DNA of 64,000 bases from Nymphaea colorata (taxonomy: Eukaryota): NCBI RefSeq assembly GCF_008831285.2, contig NC_045138.2:31868001-31932000 (forward strand), in the 5' to 3' direction. The notes below the pieces were generated by a model that saw only the letters and a list, made by a program, of their open reading frames with translations, was not told where the DNA came from and ran no database searches. Below are positions 1-12,800 of the stretch, in pieces. The stretch's first letter is position 1, and each line of letters starts with the position of its first letter. A program made the position numbers and the translations under genes.

Positions 1-3000
1 GTTTCTCAAAGCCGGGTGGTTGCTGCATATAAACCACTTCAGTTAAATCCCCATACAAAAATGCATTTTTAACATCGAGTTGGTACATGTTCTAACCATA
101 ATGAACTGCAACAAATATAATGAGTCGTATAGTGCCCAAACGTGCCACAGGAGAGAAAGTTTCAAAGAAATCAACACCATATGTCTGTGTGTACCCTTTT
201 GCTACCAAACGTGCCTCATAGCGCTCAACTGTACCATTTGAGTTGTACTTGATAGTGAAAACCCATTTCGAGCCAACAATATCTGCCCCAAGAGGAGGTT
301 CAACGAGATCCCAAGTGTGACGAGATATTAGAGAATCCATCTCCGCCTTCATAGCTTGGTACCACTTAGAGTCCAACATAGCTTGCTCATGTGAAATAGG
401 AATGGATGTAGCTGACAAGGCATCAATGAATTTGCACATATGATCTACCACATGAGTTGTACTAACAAACTTAGAAAGAGGATGAACTGTGCATCGTCTA
501 ATCTCTTTATGCAGTGCAATAGGTAATTCATCAGGAACATAAGCATCAAGGGACACTCGGGCATGTCATGTAATTCAAAATTACTTACCTCCCGAGAGCA
601 AGATGGTGCAGGGTCATTAGATGATGGATTTCTTCTTGAATATGTGAGAGGAGGATCTTTAAACCATGGAATGGAGGGAGTAGAACAGGTGGGTGATGAT
701 GAAAAAGGAATGGACTCAAGGGGAATTGGAGGAATTAGAAGTGGAACAGAAGAGGGCATCTCATACTTTGGATATGAAGGACTTGCAGAAAAAAATGGAG
801 ACAACTCGAGAAAGGTTACATCGGCACTGACAAACTCTCGATTAGATATAGGATCTAGGCATCGATACCCTTTTTGATTTCTAGAGTATCCCGCAAACAC
901 ACATTTACTTGCTTGAGCAGCTAGTTTATCTCGATTGGAACCAAGTTTATGTACAAAGCATGTGCACCCAAATATCCGTGGGGGTAAAGAAAATAAAGCT
1001 CTATTTGAGTAGAGAATTTGTATTGGAATTTTGTTGTCTATGGAAGATGATGGCATTCTATTTATTAGGTAACATGCAATCAAAATTGCATCTCCCCAAA
1101 ATTTGGAAGGCATAAGAGAATGAATCATGATTGTGCGGGCTACATTCAACAAATGACGATATTTTCTTTCACCTACACCATTTTGCTGAGATGTGTGAGG
1201 GCATGTAAAATGTGGCACAATACCATGGGATTTATAGAAGTCAAGTAAATGAGAAGATTTGAACTCGAGAGCATTGTCAGTGCGAACAACTTTGACACAA
1301 GAATTAAATTGAGTTTTTATTTCCAATATGAAAGATTTCAAGATACAAGGAGCTTCAGTTATGTCTTTCATCAAAAACACCCAAGTGACACGAGAAAAAT
1401 CATCAACAATGGAAAGATAATAACGAGACGACAATCGACTTGGAACCCGACTAGGCCCCCAAACATCAACATGAACCAAATCAATGACATTGACTAAACT
1501 GACTTTGACTCGATGGAAAGGAAGTACGACTATGCTTGCCCAGTTGACAAGCTTCACACTCGATAGACGTTGTGGAGGAAATCTGAGGACACAGCAGCTG
1601 AAGTTTAGGGAATGATGGATGACCCAATCTGAGATGTCACTGGAAGGCACTTGAAGAATAATCAACTAGGAATGACGCCTCCTTATGGATGTATCCAAGA
1701 TGTATATTCCATCTATCTCATGGCCTCCACCAATCTTCCTCCCAGTCGATAGATCCTGAAATACACAAGTATCCGAGTCAAAAATAACTCTGCAATTCAT
1801 CTCTTTAGTTAGTTTGCTTACAGATAACAAATTCTTTGGGAATTCAGGAGTATCTAACACATCATGAACATGCAAAGATGGAGAAAGATAAACATCTCCA
1901 CGTCCTTCTACTGGTGATAGTCTTCCATCCGCCAATCGAACATGTTGAGGTGAATCAAATTTTTGTAGGTTTGAAATACTAGCATCTCCACAAAAGTGTT
2001 TAGATGCTCCAGAATCAATTATCCAACAACCTTTAGAAGTAGTTTTACCTACAGACTACGTTGAACTTGTGACAGCTGTAGATGCCGATGAGGTAGAAGG
2101 AGCAGCATTTGATCTATGCTCCATAATTAAATCAATTTCAGCTGGACTTAAATTAAGAGATGTAGCATCTACTGAAGCAGCAGTGGGATTCGCCTTAGGA
2201 GCCATACTGATAGATTGTGTGTTTGGAGTAGAGCTGGATGAAGATGTCACAGACGAAGAAGTGGATGAGTTAGGTTTACCCACTTTGTTCCAGCACCTAT
2301 CCTTTAAGTGACCAAGACGACCACAATATGTGCACTGAAGTCTTCCACGTCCTCCAGGACTTCAGCCTCTTCCTCTACCACGGGAAGAGTATAGTCCACT
2401 TCTTCCTCCTCCAAATGAGGCGAAGGCAGACGGCTGTGAGTTGTTCGAGGATGGAGGAAGAGTAACAGCCAATCTGTTTAGTCTATTGAAGGCCTCATCA
2501 AGATCAGGAAAATCTGAACCTGTAAGCATTTGAGCCTTGGATGCAGAATAATCAGAAGATAGTCCAGCAAGAAATTTAACCACAATCATTTGCTCCATGT
2601 GAGATTTGAGACAATGCTTTCAGGGCGGTTTTAAGGAATTTGTTTTTTCATAAGTAAACTTCAACTTTGTAAAATATTCTGTCAAATCCATGTCATCTTG
2701 CTGCATTTGTAACAATTCTTGCTGAACCTGTAAAATTTTGCTGATATTTTTATCTTGAGAGTACGTCTGCCGAAGAGAATTTCACATATCCTTGGTTGTA
2801 TTATAATAACAAAGCCCTGCTGCAATGTGGGGCTGAGTGCTATTCATAAGCCAAGCACTAATAATGTTGTTTTCTTCCTCCCAACGTGCGTATTTACCAG
2901 TCTTTTCAACTGGTTCATCTTCTTCCAATATATATTTCTTTCCATGTCCAACGACCGACAATATGAAGGTTTTAGCCCATACATCATAGTTGGCTCCATC

Positions 3001-3120
3001 AAGTTTGATAGTAGATCCAAACGAGAATGGATTTGAGAAAGCCTTGTATTCAACACCTGCCTCTATGTGATGATTTTCAGATTCAGTTCTATCAAGTTGT
3101 ATAGATCTGTTGGCAGCCAT
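1..3120 (-). pseudogene. Disrupted gag-pol polyprotein of the left Copia element
   Basis: Split over ORF fragments 2782-3120, 2362-2598, 2056-2283, 1666-1935, 445-1665 and 92-556 by several frameshifts and stops. Confidence 0.9.
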
Positions 3121-3752
3121 GATAAAACCACGAAACCAGAACCACGAAAATAGTTAACTACAAAAGCCAACGGCAGACAGGATATATACTAGCAACCACA
3201 GAATTTTCCAGCCAGATTTCAACACCAACCTACGGCAGACTGAACATAAACAACATTCACAGACTTACTACAGTCAGATTTCAAGACAAACCTGCTTCAT
3301 TTTGACTGAGACTCAACCCTGCACCACACGGCCAGGCAGATCAGACGTTCTCTGGTCTGATATTTTTAAATGACATCCACTGAGTCAAATCTGATATATT
3401 CTGCGACATTCAAATCTGATCAACATCAACTGTTTGTCAACGACATCACCAAAGTTAGATCTGATACACTTCGACATTCAGATCTGAACAAAAACAGCAA
3501 CTTGTCAACTTCATCCGATTAGATTCTTCAGCAACATGAAGACATCGACAGCAACATAGGGTGCAGATCACATCTCTACATGTAGAACGTGATCAGCCCC
3601 TTTTTCATCAAGCAGTCCCACCGTATCTCTTGAAGGCAGCAGCAACTTTAGACGTCCAACCTTGTCGTGAATGAAGGGATGAGAAAAAGAGAAGAAGGGA
3701 AGACGCGTGAAACCCTAGACGACACGGTCCTAGGTCCGAGGCTTTGATACCA

Positions 3753-3991
3753 TGTTGCGTAGAGAGGTAGAGAGGAGGGAGAAGAGAAGAACGTGAGGAA
3801 GGAGGAGAGAATAGGTAGCAGTCATCAATCTGCCGGCTGCTCCTTTTCCATTAGACTAAACAAGGATTAGGGTTATGTTTAACCCTTTACATAAAGAGTC
3901 CAACAAAATTTTAAAAATTCAGAAAGCTACCTAATATTAAATACCAAAATACATAACACTTTAAATACCAAAGCAGCACGTTTCCTCAACA
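3753..3991 (-). repeat. 5' LTR (239 bp) of the left Copia element
   Basis: TGTTG/CAACA terminal inverted repeats, directly followed on the minus strand by a tRNA-Met-type PBS. Confidence 0.85.
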
Positions 3992-6465
3992 ACCTCCTTC
4001 TGGGAAACACTTCATAAAATCTTTATTTGACTAGAACATCGGATCCATTGTCCTCATTCTTCATGTTGCTTCTTCAAGCTGTGACATTCTTTTAGTGTTA
4101 CATCTGGTTTTATGAGGAATATGAGAGGAATAGGTCTTAGGGGCATGTGGTAAAATTGATCCTATGCAATTATTGATCTTATGCAATTTTTATTGGTTCT
4201 ACACCATCACGAATATCATTCTCAGGTTTGATTCCGTGAGATTTTCCTCAAGTATTTCTGGTAAAGTTGTTTCCATCTGAATTCAAATTTAAAACACACA
4301 CACACAGACAATCACACACACATAGACATAGTTGAGCCCTGAGGAGCACCGGTACATAAATAAGCAAACGACTGGGACACCATACGTAAATAAACAAATT
4401 TTATGGGACCGTGTGCCAACTGCCCACACCAGTCCACATATTATGTACAATACAAAGATGTTACAAACTATTCAATCTTGATTGAAGGCTTTTTTTGTTT
4501 TTGGGCGATATCCAGTAAGATGAAATATGGACTAGATTTCTCAATCACAAAATTGCATGTAAGCACCTATCCTTGGGCTTTTAACGAGTTTACATATATT
4601 TTACATATATGTGGCATGATTACCTTAGGAGGATCCAGCATGAAATGACTGTAAACAAGTTTGCAAATAAAATAGGTAAGATATCAATGCAGCTATCATG
4701 GAGGTACTTCCAAAACAGAAATATCACAAGTAGCAAGCATGAAGAGGCATGGAAAGTTTATAAGATAACGAATGTTAAACCTATCAAAAAGAATATATCT
4801 CTATTCACCTCTTGCCATCAAGTACATGTCATAATGAACCCAATTATATCAAACTTGTCAAATTGTGACCAGAAAATAACAGTTTTTCAATGGTAAATAT
4901 ATATGTTTAATAGAATTATTTTCTAAATAAATTTGTGAAGGATTTTCTCTTAGACTTGTGGAAGCAAAACAGAATTCTTGAAACGATACATTTTTTAGAT
5001 TTATGCTGGAACTTGAGGTTCACTTCTTTTTTTAACTTCGATCTTTTAATATGCTCAGTAAACTAAAATGGGAAAATATTTCCTTATTTACGTCTGTTGC
5101 TTATTTCCATGTTACTTATTGGCTTTTGCTTATCAGAGATAGGCTTACCATATTCAAGTAGGTGATCTTAATGTATGTTGTTTAAATTAAATTACTTCTC
5201 TTAAATATGTAGAAAACAATTGATTTCAATTGCTATATCTTAATTTCACTAGTAATTGATTTCATCATCAGGCTTTGTTCATGTAAAACAAGTATTAAGT
5301 TATTAACTACCATCTGCAACCTAGTTGTTTTAAAATGTATTCAGCTGTGATATATCATAAACGAGTAGTAAATTACTATGTAGAAATCAATTGATTTAGT
5401 TGTTATATATTAATTTCACCACCTAAGTGTTTTAAAATGTATTCAGCTGCAATGTTATCATCAATAAAATCTCAAGTGGACACACTAAATTTGGTATATC
5501 TAATTCAACTTTGACTGGCAAGGTTCTTCCTTAGAAATCATACTTAAATTTAAGTTCCTTAGTTGAGAATGAATTGCAAATTAAAGACTTTCAGCACTGA
5601 AATGAACTAAAAAGTGCTCTTGGAAACTCAGTTTCTAACAAAAGTTTCATATGTGAGACATGTTATGCCACAAAAATTATTTCCTTATTGAAGTAAAATT
5701 TTGTAAAGTATCCCTAATGTAGTATCAAGCAAGTCGACCACCAGATAGGGTAGTCACATCCGACAACCTTATGGAGGTATAGCTGCCCATCATAAAGGGT
5801 AATCAGCTTAATGAGCTTATTAATGAGATTCTACCAGCTTAGCTAATTTATCCTAGGAATCAATCCTTCAATGTGGCCAACAGAAAAGGCAGAACTTGCC
5901 ACTGGTTATTGGCCCAAAGATGTTCCAGAAAAGAGTATGTGATCATCTCCTTTAGATGTGGTAAATTCAACTATTAAATAGATGTCTTTAGGAAAGAAAA
6001 TAAGAATACAAAAATATCCTTGGAAAATGAATTGACAGTATGCACATGAATGCATTTAGAAAGTGTCAAATATAAATGATTTTTGTAAGAGTAAATGGAT
6101 CCCATAAGTCTTTTCAGAATCTATGTTACATGAAAATGCTATAAGCATAAGTGCCTGTGCTTAACATTTCTGGGCACTGAGACCAACACCAAACTGCTGG
6201 AATGCTTCTTAACAGTTGTACCTTTTATTTGGCAGAAAAGGAGTCTCTTCGTTTTCTTTCAAATTAGAAAAATAGAAATTAGGGGTTGAGGTGTTAACTC
6301 TCCTTTTTTGTTACATAACAAATGAAGAAGGAACAGTAGAGACACCAACCCTTTTCTTTTAGACTTTGTCCACAATTTTATGTATTTATTTATGTTTGAT
6401 GGCTTCAACAAAAAGTAACTGCAGCAAAAAAGTAGACACTTGGACATGGATATATAGTTACGCAC

Positions 6466-6466
<1 letters not shown>

Positions 6467-6517
<51 letters not shown>

Positions 6518-6535
6518 GTGTGTGTGTGTGTGTGT
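6467..6535. repeat. (GT)n microsatellite
   Basis: Directly visible, about 34 units with one interruption. Confidence 0.95.
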
Positions 6536-6865
6536 CCAAGTATCTAATTTTTAATCTTTGCATGTGTAAAATGTCCAATACCAACACTTGTTTCAGCATC
6601 CATGCAACACAATCCAGATAACTACTTAACTGTTACACCACTAACTGTTAATCTTATCAAATAGCCAATAAAAATTACTAAATTTAAATTATACTGCTTT
6701 TAATAGAGGAATGAGAAAATAAGAAAAAGAATGATAAAGCTAGTCTGATGCAACCTAGAATTGAAGATTGATATCAAGATAATGAGAAAATAAAAAAAGA
6801 ATTATAAGGCTAGTGTGATTGAAAATTGATATCAAGATAAGGAATGGATGAAGTTCAGAACATAC

Positions 6866-9800
6866 TAATGCCTTCTTAGAAGCACCATCCACCCACTCAG
6901 CAAGATCTAAAGTTGCTTTATCTTCAGGAGGTAAGGAAAACCTATGAACAGTTTCCTCTCCAATATCATACTTAGCCCTTTGTAAGCAACTGCAAATAAT
7001 GAACAAAAAGAAATCAGAAAAGAGAGAGAATAGAGAGTATTTCATGCATGCAAAGAACCCAGGTTAAAATAGTTGAGGCCCAAGAATATAATATAGCGGG
7101 AGGGAGACGCAATAGAAAGTGATCAAGAAGGCCATTACTTAAATATAGTCAATGTAAGAAGAAATTATGTCAGGCATATGCCGACTTAAAAATAAGTTCT
7201 TCTGAAATGCCTGGTTTACAACTTTATATGAATGTTCTCGATGAATTTGAGCTTTTTACTCACACATTTAGCAATCTAGAAGGAGCAGCACGAAGTATTG
7301 CTAACGCCTCTTTCCAGCTCCAACAAAGAGTGGACGATGGAAGGAGATGCTGCAGAAATGATAAACGCCACTCCCAGTCCTCGATAAACTGCTTTGAACG
7401 GGTAATTCGCCACTCCATGGCCTGTTCTGAAGGAGCTATGGTTCCACTGCTCCACAGGTTTGGCTCAACATCAGAACCATTTGCAGGCAAATTATGCTTC
7501 AATATGCCGAGGATATGCTCAATGAACGACAAGACAATTTCCTTATCATTTTCTAGAACAGACAGAGGATGCTGCTCCCAAGTATCTAAACGTGGAAGTT
7601 CTGGATATCCCCTTGATAATACATACTGTGTGAAATTCACAGCAATATCATCCATATGTAGCATTGATATGATGGTGCTGACCATTAATATCTGGAAACA
7701 GACAAGACCAATATGAAAAAAATAAATGACAAAAGAATGGAGAATATCTACTTACTATTGTTGGTTTATTCACAGAAGTGCATGAGATCAACACTAAAAC
7801 TAACGGATAAATCATCTAAAACAGTGAGATGAAAGTGAATAATCTGAAAATTTGCTTTCCCTTTTTTCACAATTATCTTTCTTCTGCCTTTTTCAGAGAA
7901 ACAAGGGTGGGAAAAAGTGTTTTGTACGATATGGATCGGGACACCCAGATCCGACCCATTTGATCCACACGCACACACATCATGGGCAGTGGCATACTTG
8001 TAATTTTTAATACTGTTTTGTGTATTTTGTTTTGTACCCTAAATTGTGATTATTATATAATGATAACTAGAGACAGACGTCAAAGTTGATGCCCTCTTTC
8101 TTGCACGTGCAGCCTATTTCTCTCTTCCTCCTCTTGCATCTAACTTCATCTGGTGGTTGGTATAAGATATCAAAAAATCTTACAAAAAGAAGAGGGAAGG
8201 GGAATGTTGTTGGTTCCAAGAAATTACAATTTGAACACAAAGTAACCATCACAAAACTCTAACAAATGATTCTACATAGTTTAAACAGAAACAAGCAGAA
8301 AAGAAGTAGCAGGTAGCAGATGCAGCCATGCAGACATATGATAGTCCGGTTTACAGACCTTACGTGGAGGACTACTGATAGCTTCCAGATGATTCCGAAG
8401 GTCTTGCAGGTACCCAAATGCCATCCTCTTATAACTTTCAGGTTCCTTAGTCATACTTGTTTCCATTGCTCCCAAGGCTAGAACAACCGACTCTAAAGCA
8501 TATTTCATGTGTATAAGCTCAAGGTCCAGCATCCTGTTGATGCATCACATAAAAAACCAGTTTGTATGATAAAAACAAAAGAAATGCAGTGAGATTAGCA
8601 GCAAGAACATGTAAAGAAAGGAACATAATATAAATCACTTATAACAATTGCCAGCAAACTTGGAGAAGCATGAAACTCAAGATACTAAAGAAACCTACAC
8701 ATACAAACTCTCAACAACGAGTAAAGAGTAACAACATTTCACAGATAGATAGATGGTAGATCACAAAAATTCCTACAAGGAAATGGGAAAGCAAACGAGC
8801 ACGAATGAATGTAGTAGAACACCAAAAAAAAAAACTACAAACAATGGATAAAGAAAATGATAGTGCATACATTTTCACAATAAGCCAATAATAGAGCGAG
8901 CAATGATAATACATGCATGTTCAGATTCTGCCACCTAAATTTTGCACCCATCGAGCTAGCCATCCAGCTCTTTCAGCTTGGGCCTTGGAGTAATTGTGTT
9001 TAATCTATACTTAAATTAAAGCTCATATTCAAGAAGAGTAGTACTATAAAGTCCTTGTGTTGCATGATTTTTTGCTAACATCCTACATTAATAGATGGTT
9101 AACAAGGTATGCACTGAGAGATTGCTAGGAAGCATTTCTTGGAGCTCATTGTTTGGAAGCATCAATGCAGTTTCCAATAGGGCTGGAACAATTGATCTCC
9201 ATTATGCCCAAAAAGACAATGAAGAAGCCTGCCTCATCATTTATGGCAGCAAACAGATTACAGGTGTGTTGTCACCTTGTTTTGTCCTCTAGGACAGATA
9301 ATAGGAGGAACATCATCCGCACATCATTGATGTCCAAGGATGATAAAAAGTAATACCTCTTATTTCTTAATAGTTTTTAACAATGACAAACAGACCCACC
9401 ATAATTAAACCCTCATGATAAATTGTTTCTGTTAAAATATATTGTAATGGGGAACCGGGTCCATATCTGGACCCGGTCCTATGAGGCACGGGTACCGATG
9501 CTGGCTCGGTACCCTAGGCGGCACTCTTTCTCTCCCTCCTATATATTCTTCACTTACGTGTAATTGTTGAGTTAAGTGAATATTATTTTCTCTCTCCTAG
9601 GGTTGCGGTTTGCCCCTAGGTCAGAGCTTCCCCGTGGTTTTTCACGGTTTCACCTCTTTCAGAGGTTTTCCATGTATATCGTGTGTTCTTTCTCTGCTCT
9701 CTCCTTGTGGTTCGTGTTTCTACATGGTATCAAAGCCAACGCGTGTGAGATCGTTGGTGTGCGAGTAGTGTTTTCCGCCGTCGCTGTTCTGCCGCCGTCC

Positions 9801-12800
9801 AGCACCGCCGCCGCTGGTGTTTTTTTTTTTTTCTCTCTTCCGCTGTCATCCAGCACTGCCATCGTCGCCGTTCCCAGCGCCGCCGCCGACTGTGTTTTTT
9901 CTGCTGCCGTTCCTGCGTTTTTCAGCACCGCCGCCGGCTGTGATTTTTTCCGCCGCCGTGGGTTGTGACTCTTCCGCCGCCGGTTGTGACCTTTGGTGAT
10001 TGAGATGGCTGACGCGGTGATCCCCAAGATTGATGATGCCCTGGACACGGGCAACAATACCAAGAGTGAGAACTTGCCTGTTCATGTCACCTCCATCCGG
10101 CTGAACAAGGATAACTATCTCTCGTGGTCTGCTGCCCTAGAAATCGGAATAACCAGTCGTGGTCGCTTGCACTATATCACTGGGGAGAAACCTGCACCTT
10201 CTAAAACTGATTCGCAATGGCCGACCTGGGCGTTGGAAGATAGTCAGGTTAAAGTATGGATTATTAGTTCGGTTTCCGTAGATATTCAGCCTTTGATCTT
10301 GCGTAAATCGACTGCATATGATATGTGGACTGTTCTTGCATGGATGTATAGTCGTAAGAAGCGTGTTTTACGTGCATATCAAATCAAACGTAGCATATAT
10401 GCTCTTAAACAGGGTGATTTATCTGTTGCCTCCTTCTATGCCACCCTGAAGACTAAATGGGAGGAGCTCGATTATCATGTGAATGATGACTGGAAATGTG
10501 GTTTAGATCATGCCCTGTATTGGGAAAAGGAATGGATGGACCGCACCTTTATCTTCTTTGGAGGCCTGCGTGATGAGTTTGAATCCATTCGGAGCCAAAT
10601 TCTTAACTGTGATGAGATTCCTGGGATCGAAGAAGTGTATGCTCGTGTTGAGTCTGAGGAACAACGGCGCCAGATTATGCATATTGACTCCAGTCAGGGG
10701 AGTTCTCCAGCAGCCTTTGTGAGCCATACTTCAGGGACAGGGCAGCGTCCTACTCGACGGTGCAGCCATTGCAACAAAGTGGGCCATTCTGTTGATTTTT
10801 GTTGGGATCTTCATCCTGAGAAGCGTCTCGTCTGGGGTCGTCCTCCTCCTAATTGTCGTGCTCCTTCTGTGCCCGAGCCTAGTTCGGGGTCGTCCAATGT
10901 TGCCAAATCCAAGCTCTCCTCAGATCAACTCAAAGAGTTGCAAGCATACATTAGTCGTTTGTCTACCCAGGATGATGCTTCTACTTCTGAGGGGACTAAG
11001 TTAGCCAAGGCCCTTGTTGCTACTAGTGATCAAGGTAATTCATCTCTCGGTGATTGGATTGTTGACAATGGGGCTACTCATCATATGACAGGGACCCTAA
11101 GATGTTTCAAGAATACAAGTTGACCTCTGGGCAGCAGCATGTGTCTATGGCTGATGGTTCTTCTATCCCTGTGGCTGGAAAAGGGAGTTTATCATTACTG
11201 AACAAATATTGTCTTCATAATGCCCTGCATGTTCCCAATATTCCCGTAAATCTGTTATCTGTCAGCAGTATTACCAAAGAGCTAAACTGTAATCTAATTT
11301 TCTCTGTTGATCGTTGTTTCCTGCAGGACTTGGGGACGGGGCAGAAGATTGGGATTGGTTCGGCTATTGATGGCCTCTACAGACTGCCCGTACAGGTTGC
11401 TTCTGCTTTGATTTCAGCCACTAGTGGATAGTTGCCTGGCGTGGAGGACAGAACCGCCATTATGCGCTGGCACGAGAGACTTGGTCACCTTCCATTCCAG
11501 TTGCTTAAAAAGTTGTTTCCTATGATGTTTCATTCTGTTTCTTTGGACACCTTCGCCTGTGAAGTGTGTCAGTTGTCTAAGCATGTTAGGGCCTCGTACC
11601 CTATTTCGTTCAATAAAGCCAACCGTCATTTTGCTTTGGTTCACTCTGATGTTTGGGGTCCTTCCGAAGTACCCACTTGTCGTGGCTTTCATTATTTCAT
11701 GACTCTTATTGATGACTACTCCCGATGTACGTTCGTGTATTTGTTGAAAGAACGTAGTGAAGTTCCCGGCATTGTCAAAAACTTTGTTGCATTTGTTGAA
11801 ACTCAGTTCCAGACCTCTGTTCAGGCCTTCCGTACTGACAATGCCCGAGAGTATGTCTCCCAATCCCTTGATGACTTCTTGCGAAGCAAGGGTATTATTC
11901 ATGAAACATCCTGTAGCTACACCCCTCCTCAGAATGGCGTGGCTGAAAGAAAAAACCGTCATTTGTTAAATGTTACCCGGGCCATTATGTTTCAACGTCA
12001 TGTCCCTAAGAGGTACTGGGGGGACGCACTTCTCACTAGTGCTCATCTTATTAACCGTATGCCTACTCGTGTGTTGAATGGTCATTCCCCTTATTCTGTG
12101 TTATGGCCTACTCAGAATCTCTGGCCTTTGAACCCTCGGGTGTTTGGGTGTGTTTGTTTTGTCCATGATCATAGTCCCACTCTCAAGAAACTTGATCATC
12201 GGTCCATCAAAGCAGTCTTTTGGGGGTATTCCTCCACCCAGAAGGGATACAAGTGTGTTGACCCTAGCACTTCCAGAGTATATGTCTCCAGGGATGTTAC
12301 CTTTCATGAACATGAGGCATACTTTCCTGCGAATCCTCTTCAGGGGGAGTGTCTAGGTGACAGAAGGGAAGAGTATTCTTCGCATCAGTTGATTCAGTTC
12401 ATGGATTTCTTGGATTATACGATTAGTTCTCCAAGTGTGAAAGACGCAGTCATTGAGGACAGAGACAGTCAGATGGAGGGGGGCCTTGTGGAAGAACAGT
12501 CCCGTGATCACTTATTTGGTCAGGTTTACAACAGGAAGAAGAAGGATGTAATGGACGACGTTGATGTTACCAATCCCAATCTTCCCAATCTTGTGAGCTC
12601 CCCGGATGATCCAAGTCCAATGAATGAAGAACTTCCCATAGCCCTGCGCAAGGGCACCAGGTCATGTACTTCTCATCCTATTCAGAGATTTGTTTCGTAT
12701 GCAAAACTCAGTAAAGACTACAAGTGCTTTGTTACTTCTTTATCTATGGCTGTTATTCCCAGGTCAGTGGAAGATGCCAGGGAGGATCTTAAATGGCTAC

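Larger units (their letters stand above)
1..3991 (-). mobile_element. Ty1/Copia LTR retrotransposon, decayed; 3' end outside the window; lies in intron 9 of the ZFYVE26-like gene in the same orientation
   Basis: Minus strand carries gag (from 3120), a zinc knuckle CTYCGRLGHLKDRC, protease WIIDSGAS, integrase (HVDVWGP, RTDNALEF, QQNGVGERK) and the RT start ([19 protein letters not shown]), in Copia order. PBS TGGTATCAAAGCC at 3752-3740 abuts a TGTTG...CAACA LTR at 3753-3991. Confidence 0.95.

Noticed and set aside
6366..6599. VCVC/HTHT repeat ORFs (likewise the YIYI ORFs at 20400-20624 and 62642-63059)
   Set aside because: Translations of microsatellites.
7207..7716. 169-aa plus-strand ORF
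   Set aside because: Antisense shadow of ZFYVE26-like exon 8.
8950..9330. Possible old Copia integrase fragment (AYLVNHL on the minus strand)
   Set aside because: A single short motif is not enough evidence.
9659..10063. 134-aa antisense ORF and overlapping ORFs in the Copia leader
   Set aside because: They arise from low-complexity CCGCCGCCG repeats in the leader and show no recognisable domain.
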